Positions 10,363-18,451 of a stretch of DNA of 18,451 bases are shown piece by piece; the first letter of the stretch is position 1, and each line of letters starts with the position of its first letter. Made by a program: the position numbers and the translations under genes. The notes under the pieces were generated by a model, which was not told the origin of the DNA, did not search any database, and worked only from the letters and a program-made list of their open reading frames with translations. Origin of the DNA: Octopus sinensis (Eukaryota); assembly GCF_006345805.1 (NCBI RefSeq), contig NW_021825534.1:1-18451 (forward strand), read 5' to 3'.

Positions 10363-10747
10363 GTAGGAGTTAGTGGTGGGGTGCACGGGCGTAAAATAGT
10401 GGAGCTAAGATGGTTGCTTAATAGGGTCGCTTTTAGCCTGCATGAGTTTATTTATTTAAAGAATCTCTAGTTTAAACATCTTTACTTCCACCCGGCTAAC
10501 ATTCTAGCCTTCCTCTCTATTTCTATTTGGCTATTTATGTTTCTCTGCCGGTTCCAGCCATGAAAGAAATACTACACAGCAACGAAGAAGGTAGCATCCG
10601 TACTGCGAACCCTTTGGCTCGATTTGAAGAAGAATCTTGGTTCGTGGTTGTTTGAAGTTTTGCACACAGTCGCTGACTAAAACGCGCGCGCACACACACA
10701 CATACACACAAACGTATAGATTGTTTGAAGTGGTGTACAAATTTTAT

Positions 10748-11148
10748 ATATTTATTTCTTTATTGCCCACGGGGGGGGGGGCTAAACATAGAGGGGACAA
10801 ACAAAGACAGGCAAAGAGATTAAGTCGATTACATGGACTCCAGTGCGTAACTGGTACTTATTTTATCGACACCGAAAGGATGAAAGGCAAAGTCGACTCC
10901 GGCGGAATTTGAACTCAGAATGTAACGGCAGACGAAATACCGCAAAGCATTTCGCCCGCCGTGCTAACATTTCTTATTTCTTTATTGCCCACAAGGGGCT
11001 AAACATAGAGGAGACAAACAAGGACAGACAAAAAGATTAAGTCGATTACATCGACCTCGGTGGAATTTGAACTCAGAGCGTAACGGCAGACGAAATACCG
11101 CAAAGCATTTCGCCCGGCGTGCTAACGTTTCTGCCAGCTCTCCGCCTT
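10748..11148 (-). mobile_element. Head-to-tail dimer of tRNA-derived SINE family A inside one target-site duplication
   Basis: Two similar monomers (~10748-10970 and ~10971-11148). The head AAGGCGGAGAGCTGGCAGAAACG starts at 11148, with B-box GAGTTCAAATTCC in each monomer. ACAAATTTTAT flanks the pair at 10737-10747 and 11149-11159. Confidence 0.9.
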
Positions 11149-12004
11149 ACAAATTTTATTTCTTAAGAAAAAGGCGGTAGTCAAGATTTGGATAAAATCT
11201 ATTTATTTATTACTTTTGCCCTTTTCAGGAATTTATCATAAATGGTGGGGTGGGACGGGTGTAGAAAATTCATACCTTTTTATATAAATGTGATTAAGTT
11301 GAAAAAGATCATTTTTTCTCCCCAGAAATTTTTTTTTCCAACTAATTCACGTCTTTTAACGAGTGATATCAAAGAGATCAGAAAAGGCTACTTGGTGGGT
11401 CTCCGTGACGATAGGAAAACGATTTAGTCAAGCAATTTGGGTCAAGATAGAAAAGAATGGTGCAATCAAGACAGAAGCGCACCGTGATCAGCGGTGCATA
11501 ACAACGTCTGATGATCTGGTTGGTGCTGTGATACTGTGATATGTACACATATACATTCACACGTCGTAAACACACTTATGGGTCAATATATATATATAGG
11601 CTTTTATGCCTCTGTCTCTCTCTCTAGCTATATACTAAATATTCCTTTGACCAAGACTGGACAGTTCCTCGCTTGGGCCGAAGCCTAAGCAAGGCTTATT
11701 ATTACCTTTTTAGAAGCGCAACAATGGCTCTCATGTCGGATATTGTTACCTACATCGCTAGCAGCTTTACCAAACCACTGCTTTATGCGCGCACACACAC
11801 ACACACAAACACACACACATACACACACAAATATATACATAGATACCCACCCACTTACAAACACCCACACAAATACACGTCCAGGCACAGTGTTCTCTCG
11901 CTACTACCGTGACCACCACTCCACTTCCGCCATTCATCTTTCCTTCCCCGCATTGAGTCCCCCGCATTAACCTCTCATACACCCTCTTCACTTCCAGGAA
12001 CATC

Positions 12005-12176
12005 TTTTTTTTTTTTACTTGTTTCAGTCTTCGGACTACGGCCGTGCTGGAGCACCAGTACTTGTTTTTAAACCTGGCACTGAATCCATCGTTCTCTTTT
12101 GCCAAACCGTTAAGTTACAGAAACGTAAAGAAGCCAACACCAGTGTGAGGTACAAACACAAATACAGACGCTCACG

Positions 12177-12213
<37 letters not shown>

Positions 12214-12226
12214 CGGGCTTCCACAG
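12005..12226 (-). mobile_element. SINE family B: 3' half, internal (CA)n and start of the 5' half
   Basis: Aligns with 3787-4000; then (CA)n; then CGACGGGCTTC, whose reverse complement GAAGCCCGTCG matches the end of the 5' half at ~13122-13132 (GAAGCCTGTC). Confidence 0.8.
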
Positions 12227-12248
12227 AGTCACAGTATATCAGGTCACT

Positions 12249-12458
12249 AAGGCGGCGAGCTGGCAGAATCGTTAGCACGCTGGGCGAAATGCTTAGCAGT
12301 ATTTCGTCTGCCGCTACGTTCTGAGTTCAAATTCCGCCTTTCGGGGTCGATAAATTAAGTACCAGCTACGCACTGGGGTCGATATAATCGACTTAATCCG
12401 TCTGTCTGTCCTTGTTTGTCTTCTCTTTGTTTAGCCCCTTGTGGATAGTAAAGAAATA
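12249..12458 (+). mobile_element. Young tRNA-derived SINE, family A, with 15-bp TSD
   Basis: Full head AAGGCGGCGAGCTGGCAGAATCG, B-box GAGTTCAAATTCC and tail AAAGAAATA. AGTATATCAGGTCAC is duplicated at 12233-12247 and 12459-12473. Confidence 0.92.
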
Positions 12459-12510
12459 AGTATATCAGGTCACGGACATGCTCCAGCATTTTTTGCTCCC
12501 TCAGGCGAGT

Positions 12511-12543
<33 letters not shown>

Positions 12544-12547
12544 CTCT

Positions 12548-12830
12548 CTCTCTTCTCTCTACTTTTTTTACAACCATTATTATGGCCTCTGCTCCTCAGG
12601 TGTGGATTTACTTGTGCCGCTTCCATCTTCCTCCTCTCTCCTTCTTCCATCATCTGTGTTGAGCCCAAACTCTCAAGTCACACACTATTCACTACGCCCA
12701 ATCCTTATTCCCCAGGACTTTACTCTTCTGGAATTCCCTTCCATCTCATGTCTTTCTCGCAACTGTTGACTTCCAAAGATAAAGATTAAAAAGGAACCTT
12801 AATAACATCGAACTGACTGGTCTATGAGGC
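12548..12830 (+). pseudogene. Decayed 3' end of ORF2 of a CR1-group (CR1/L2/Crack-like) LINE
   Basis: Reads SLYFFYNHYYGLCSS (TAC at 12569) and, after frameshifts, HYAQSLFPRTLLFWNSLPSHVF (12690-12755). These match the CR1-group C-terminal pattern LFYRYY.G.CS.EL ... SF.PRT..LWNSLP..VF. Exact clade not determined. Confidence 0.75.
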
Positions 12831-12889
12831 CTGCAAAGGGTGTGGGCACTTCTTCTACAGATAACTGATATATAGCATGACCTTATATA

Positions 12890-12962
<73 letters not shown>

Positions 12963-12963
12963 G
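12890..12963. repeat. (GT)n(GA)n compound microsatellite
   Basis: Direct reading. Confidence 0.95.
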
Positions 12964-13135
12964 CACAGACTGATTGCATAGTAAGAAGTTTCCTTCCAAT
13001 CACATGGTACTGGATTCAGTCTCACCGTTTGGCACATTGGACAGTGTCTTCCATTATAGGCTCGAGCTGACCAAGACCTTGAGAGTGGATTCGTAAGACG
13101 GAAACTGAAAAGAAGCCTGTCTGAATATATACACA
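12964..13135 (+). mobile_element. SINE family B, 5' half (degenerate)
   Basis: GTAAGAAGTTT..CCAATCACATGGTACTGGATTCAGTCTCAC..GGCAC..AGACGGAAACTGAAAAGAAGCC aligns with 14384-14543. Confidence 0.8.
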
Positions 13136-13334
13136 AGAGTAAACAAGAGAGACAGAGACAGGCAGAAACAAGGAAAATGCCCCTTGTATTTGAATACTAT
13201 GCAAATATTCTTTCAATTTTTTTCAAAATTTAATTGTTTTCCATACTTACAGTTGAAAACGTCTCAATGACTGAAACCGGTACCAGAATGTTTTTTAAAA
13301 AATTGTTTTAGCATTTTCTACCTTGACTTTTTTC

Positions 13335-13374
13335 TACACACACACACACACATGCATATATATATATGCATACG

Positions 13375-13420
<46 letters not shown>

Positions 13421-13505
13421 ATAACAATTTAATAAATAAAACATATGCATACATTCATACATATATGTACATACCTACATTTATATGTATATATACATGC
13501 ATATA
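13335..13505. repeat. (CA)n/(TA)n/(TACA)n compound microsatellite
   Basis: Direct reading. Confidence 0.9.
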
Positions 13506-13507
13506 TG

Positions 13508-13730
13508 AGTACAGGATACCACAAATAATCGTAGAACACAACAAGAAACGAAAACCTAAAAACAAAACAAGGAAACGGACTTTTCTTAACAACGAAAAAA
13601 CAGAGTACAAGACAAACAACACAAGGAACATTCCCCTTCTTCAGTTGCCCCTGTTTCGACTCATTGCGTGTATGTTTTATTTATTAAATTGTTATTATTA
13701 TGATTGATGCGTCGTCTTCTTCCAAGTAAG
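13508..13730 (-). mobile_element. Possible Penelope-like element fragment
   Basis: The minus strand carries GTCGAAACAGGGGCAACTGAAGAAGGGG followed by a T-rich tail-like tract. Family assignment is by motif recognition only. Confidence 0.3.
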
Positions 13731-13742
13731 TTATATATATAT

Positions 13743-13792
<50 letters not shown>

Positions 13793-13797
<5 letters not shown>

Positions 13798-14216
13798 TTA
13801 GAGATAAAACCACTATTAGGCAATCAAACAGTGAAAAACATAAACCAAAACATAGAAATAAATTTAATTAATATAATATACAAAATATATAAAATATAAT
13901 ATTCAAAATTTAAATTGTTTAAATTAAAAATTAAAAATTAAAAATTTTTTAAAATTATTAATTTATACTTATAAATTTTTATATATATATAAATAAAAAA
14001 TAATAATATATATATATATATATATAATATATATATATAAATTTATAAGTATAAATTAATAATTAAAAAATTTTTTAAATTTTTATTTAAATAATTTAAA
14101 TTTTGAATATTATATTTATATATTTTGTATATTATATTAATTAAATTTATTTCTATGTTTTGGTTTATGTTTTTCACTGTTTGATTTGCCTAATAGTGGT
14201 TTTATCTCTAATTTAA
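13793..14216. repeat. Long AT-rich inverted repeat (fold-back), arms ~186 and ~178 bp around a TA-rich spacer
   Basis: The left arm (13793-13978) is the reverse complement of the right arm (14039-14216). The first ~120 nt differ by only two 1-nt indels in A-runs. (TA)n flanks both sides. Confidence 0.95.
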
Positions 14217-14291
14217 TATATATATATTTATACTGTAAAATTAGATTTAATCCTAAATCTAATTTTTCCCTGTAAGTTTGGATTTACTCCC

Positions 14292-14350
<59 letters not shown>
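14292..14350. repeat. (TTA)n microsatellite
   Basis: Direct reading. Confidence 0.97.
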
Positions 14351-14357
<7 letters not shown>

Positions 14358-14383
14358 GTGTGTGTGTATGCATGTATATATAT

Positions 14384-14543
14384 ATAGGTGCAAGAGTGGC
14401 TCTGTGGTAAGTAGCTTGCTTACCAACCACATGGTTCCGGGTTCAGTCCCACTGTGTGGCGCCTTGGACAAGTATCTTCTTCTATAGTCTCGGGCCGACC
14501 AAACCCTTGTTAGCGGATTTGGTAGACGGAAACTGAAAATGCC
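14384..14543 (+). mobile_element. SINE family B, 5' half with tRNA-like head
   Basis: Head ATAGGTGCAAGAGTGGCTCTGTGGTAAG, B-box-like GGGTTCAGTCCC, then CCTTGGACAAGTATCTTC..GGTAGACGGAAACTGAAA; matches 12964-13135. Confidence 0.85.
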
Positions 14544-14727
14544 TCCATCAAATCGACGTTGTTTCTGTAGGTGTACGGTGTGTCACTCGACAGGTGTCGG
14601 AGTAACCACGGAGAGTAATAACGTGAAACGAAGTGTTTTACTCATGGAAATAACGCATCGCTCGGTACGGGGATCGATACCACGAGCTTGCGATCGCGTG
14701 TGCAACACCCTAACCACTAAGCCACAC
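14544..14727 (-). mobile_element. tRNA-derived SINE, family C-type head
   Basis: The minus strand starts GTGGCTTAGTGGTTAGGG (A-box) ... GGTATCGATCCCC (B-box), then ATGAGTAAAACACTTCGTTTCAC. Confidence 0.75.
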
Positions 14728-14819
14728 AAACACGCACATAAACGTGTGTGTGTGTGAGTACTTATAGTTAATCCTTTCGCTCTCAAAGATCTCTTGCTTT
14801 GTTGCTTAACAACCATTTT

Positions 14820-14941
14820 GTTTCTTTCTCTATCTTTCTCACTTTCTCTCTGTCTCTGTCTCTGTCTCTGTCTCTTCTCTGTCTCTCTCTTTGTGTCTCT
14901 CTTTGTGTCTCTCTTTCTGTCTGTCTGTTTGTCTGTCTGTC

Positions 14942-14972
<31 letters not shown>

Positions 14973-14976
14973 GCCT

Positions 14977-15030
<54 letters not shown>

Positions 15031-15050
15031 ATATATTATATATATATATC
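14820..15050. repeat. (CT/CTGT)n then (TA)n compound microsatellite
   Basis: Direct reading. Confidence 0.93.
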
Positions 15051-15314
15051 AGGCTTCCTTCCATTCATTCTGTATTTCTCATTCTTTCTCCCTTTTGTTT
15101 TTCGCCCGCTTTCTGTTTTTCAATCTTCCAGTTTTGTTTTATTTCATCTTCCTATAAGTTTCATTCATAGAAAGAAACTCCGTTTGGCCTTTATTTATGT
15201 TGAACGGACAATCGATTGCGTCATTTCCAACCAGTTTTAGGGAATACTATAGGAAAATAAAGCAGCCGTTTTAGACATGTACCTGTCGGAGTAGAAAAAA
15301 CAAAGAAATCCCCA

Positions 15315-15330
15315 AATAATAATAATAACT

Positions 15331-15379
<49 letters not shown>

Positions 15380-15407
15380 TAATAATAATATAATAATAAT
15401 AGTAATA

Positions 15408-15454
<47 letters not shown>
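15315..15454. repeat. (AAT)n microsatellite
   Basis: Direct reading. Confidence 0.96.
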
Positions 15455-15502
15455 GTAAGCAACAAATAAAAAGGATACAAAATGAGAGATCAAAACGACG
15501 TA

Positions 15503-15549
<47 letters not shown>

Positions 15550-16429
15550 CATATATTCATATATATGTTTATATAGACGCACACACCTATATACACTCAT
15601 ATAGACATACACACACATACGCAACACAACATATACGTATGTAAACAGGAGTTGTGTAATTAAGGAAGCTTGCGAGTTAATTCGAGTGGCCAGGCGCCAT
15701 TTTCAGCGATCCCTTCTCTTATACTGCTTTGCTAATTCCCGACAAAATAGACCGGATAATCGTTATATACACCCACTGAGTAAGAAGAATAAAGAAGAAA
15801 AACACATGAAGGTAGAAACCGCTTCTTTATGATGAATAAAATAGAAAAGAAAACAACAAAATAACAAACCAAAAACAAATGTGAAAGAAGTTTAAAAAAA
15901 GTTGGGTGGAATTTTTAACATGAAATGTAAAAAGAAAAAAAGAAGGAAAGAGCGAAGGAAAAACACAAAGAAAAGAAATCTAAAAGAAAAGGCGACGACA
16001 CAGAGGCGATGAAATAACATTGCCTGGAGCTTGAACTCCCGTATAGGTTGTTGGTAAAAATGATGAAGCGGCTCTTATGACATTAAGTGGCCAGCATCCT
16101 TAAAACAATGACACAATGGTCACCTCCTCAGCGTTTCACTTTCAAATCTCTTGGCTCCACCCCCATCCTGTGTTTCCACCTTTGTTGGTGTTAATTTACC
16201 TCCTCCCACGCCTCCCTCGTTTATATAACGTTTTCTTTTTTCTTGTTATTGCTACTCCCTCTCACCTCCTCTCTCTCTTTCACTCTCTTCAATTTCCCTG
16301 TCTGTTTGTCTGCCTGTCTGTCCGTTTTTCTCTGCAGACCTCTTTCTCACTTTCTCACTTTTCATTTGATCGATCTCCCACCCCACCGCCTTCTTTAAAT
16401 AACACACGTTAAATAACACACACACACAA

Positions 16430-16997
16430 ACAGGCACGCACACACACATACACACAGATGGACACGGACACACATTCACACACACACATACACACACACA
16501 TTGGTCTTAGTGACATGCTGAACCAGTTCTCTTCATGTACATACATACATAGATACGTACACAGACATACATTCATACATACATTCATACATACATACAC
16601 ATGCATACACATGCATACGCATGCATACACACACATACATACGTACATACACACAGCGCATACACAAAGATACATACCATACATACACAAGCATACATAC
16701 ATACGCACACGTACATACATACACACACGTACATACATACATTCATCAATTCATACATACACACACATGCATACATATATGCATGCATACTTACGTACAT
16801 TCATACACCACACACATGAATACATACATACATACATTCATACATACACACATGCATGCATACATACATATATACATACATACATGCATACATACACACA
16901 CATTCACACATACATACATTCATACGTATATGCATACATGCATGCATACCTACCTACCTTTCTACCTTCCTACATACATACATACATACATACATAC
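16430..16997. repeat. Long degenerate (CA/TACA)n tract
   Basis: Direct reading; source of the 241-aa H/T/Y/I-rich ORF. Confidence 0.93.
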
Positions 16998-17115
16998 ATG
17001 GTGTATGGTGGCTGCCCCTCGTTATCGAGTATGGCCATTGTACGAAGCTTAATCAATGTTGTTATCGTGCAATGCCTGTGCAAGAACATTTTTTTTGAAG
17101 TGAGGAAAGGCTGTG

Positions 17116-17168
17116 CAATCCCACTCACTAAGTCAATCCCACTCACTAAGTCAATCCCACTCACTAAG
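17116..17168. repeat. 18-bp tandem repeat CAATCCCACTCACTAAGT, about 3 copies
   Basis: Units at 17116-17133, 17134-17151 and 17152-17168 (the last lacks the final T); no spacers. Confidence 0.97.
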
Positions 17169-17372
17169 CAACAGCAGCCATAATCCGAAAAGAAGAAAAA
17201 GTCAACATCATTGGTAACCACTGAGCCGCAGGTTTTATGTAGGCGTTATCCCAGTTACCTGAGTTACCTTCTTCTAGAAGGTATTCAGTCCGATTATTTC
17301 TATGTCCCCGCGCATGATACAGCCTTAAGTCATCTATTGGATGGCCGTTGACTCTCAAGGTTCATACATACA

Positions 17373-17412
17373 TACATACATACATACATACATACATACA
17401 TACATACATACA
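17373..17412. repeat. (TACA)n microsatellite
   Basis: Direct reading. Confidence 0.96.
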
Positions 17413-17419
17413 TGTAGCT

Positions 17420-17592
17420 CCGTTAACCCAGATCTATTTTTTGTCTCTTGAATTTTGTTTTCTCCATTTTTCCCCCCTTCTAATTCCTTTCCGTAGAAGG
17501 GCATAAGTTCGAAACGTTAAAAGACTTCTTCCATTTTCTCTGATCGTCAAACTAATACACCCTGTTGTTCTTTCACCTGTCTCTGTTTTTTA
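17420..17592 (+). mobile_element. Repeat family D copy (Penelope-like terminal region with hammerhead-like relic)
   Basis: Aligns with the reverse complement of 1363-1500 and contains GAAGGGCATAAGTTCGAAACGTT at 17496-17518. Confidence 0.55.
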
Positions 17593-17940
17593 TATGCCAC
17601 ATCTCCTGTTCTGTATTCTTCCTCCCACTACAACTGCTCCTCACCTCCCTCCCTGCTCCCGTCACCCTAATGATTTTGCTGTATAAACTACTAACAAGTG
17701 TGAGCGAATCATTCTTTGGCTGAAGTCAGCCAGGAAACATGAAATGGCTTGCTTCATGATACGTAAAGCGCACATAATGTTGATTCTTGTATATTCACTT
17801 TAATTCGTGTATATTCACTTGATGAAAACGGGTTTTTTTTTTCGCGTGATCTAATAACTTTAGTCATCAATAAAAAAACAACTCGTTTGAAACAGCTGTA
17901 GTGAATGAACCAATATCCATCTGCTGTTATTTGTTTAAGT

Positions 17941-17942
17941 TA

Positions 17943-18035
<93 letters not shown>

Positions 18036-18062
18036 CGTGTGTGTGTGTGTATACATGTATGC
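17941..18062. repeat. (TA)n(GT)n compound microsatellite
   Basis: Direct reading. Confidence 0.96.
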
Positions 18063-18324
18063 GTGTGCAGATATCTATAAACAGACACAGATAGACATAT
18101 ATAGGTAGACAGAAAAGGAAAAAATGGTCCCAAGAGGATTTTCGTAGATTTCGACGCTGAGTGTCAGTTGTTGAAGCCATTCAGGTCTCTGCCTCGTTGA
18201 ATTAGCATATATGTTGTTGAGTATTCCGTATATGTGTTTAGACTCACCATGATCTTCAAACGGATTCAAACTCACACAGTCCATGACTGTCTCTGCATTT
18301 GAATTGCAGGTATAAACCAATTCT

Positions 18325-18451
18325 GCGGGCTTCCGCTAAGTTTTCACTACCGAATTTCACTCATAAAGCATGGGTCGATCCAAGGCTATGATGAATGGTA
18401 TTTATGTAAGATGTCACACCGTTAGTCGAACCCGAAATCTTGTGTTTATCA
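18325..18451 (-). mobile_element. SINE family B, 5' half (degenerate, cut by the window end)
   Basis: CGGGCTTCC..CTACCGAATTTCACTCATAAAGC..GGTCGATCCAAGGCTATG..GAACCCGAAA resembles the reverse complement of 14430-14543. Confidence 0.65.

Noticed and set aside
10560-10655. Short ORF MKEILHSNEEGSIRTANPLARFEEESWFVVV after an acceptor-like site
   Set aside because: No strong donor, phase incompatible with the upstream microexon candidate, and no recognised homology.
11425-11490. GQDRKEW, resembling an RTE ORF2 C-terminus
   Set aside because: The motif is too short and no other RTE motifs flank it.
12469-12504. 36-nt in-frame exon candidate with a GC donor (CAG|GCGAGT)
   Set aside because: The acceptor is the purine-rich SINE tail and TSD, and the donor is non-canonical.
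15242-15274. EYYRKIKQP, resembling a bromodomain ZA-loop motif
   Set aside because: Followed by F and a stop where MDL is expected, with no suitable donor; a short chance match.
17116-17168. CRISPR-like repeat
   Set aside because: Direct tandem units with no spacers, no cas genes and a eukaryotic context.
16458-17183. Longest ORF (241 aa) and the many other H/T/Y/I, C/V/M or L/S/F-rich ORFs
   Set aside because: They are translations of CA, TA, TACA, CT and triplet microsatellites, with no domain content.
18248-18292. Minus-strand 45-nt exon candidate (ETVMDCVSLNPFEDHG) with a GTGAGT donor
   Set aside because: The acceptor lacks a polypyrimidine tract and the peptide is not recognised.

Overview
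Repeat-dense, non-coding eukaryotic DNA, most likely intronic or intergenic sequence from a coleoid cephalopod. Octopus is an inference from the recognised SINE families and the very high microsatellite load; no database search was run. By hand estimate about a quarter of the window is simple sequence repeat. Most of the rest is mobile-element debris: at least 14 copies of 3-4 tRNA-derived SINE families, a decayed R4/Dong-type (restriction-like endonuclease) retrotransposon 3' end, a decayed CR1-group LINE 3' end, Penelope-like fragments with hammerhead-like relics, a probable Helitron 5' end, and a ~424-bp near-perfect AT-rich fold-back. No intact protein-coding gene, true tRNA/rRNA or CRISPR array is supported. 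Nearly all ORFs in the track are translated microsatellites. Two candidate microexons and one motif-rich CpG patch are the only hints of host function. I found no evidence for a new multi-gene system; the best leads concern transposon structure and dsRNA-forming potential.
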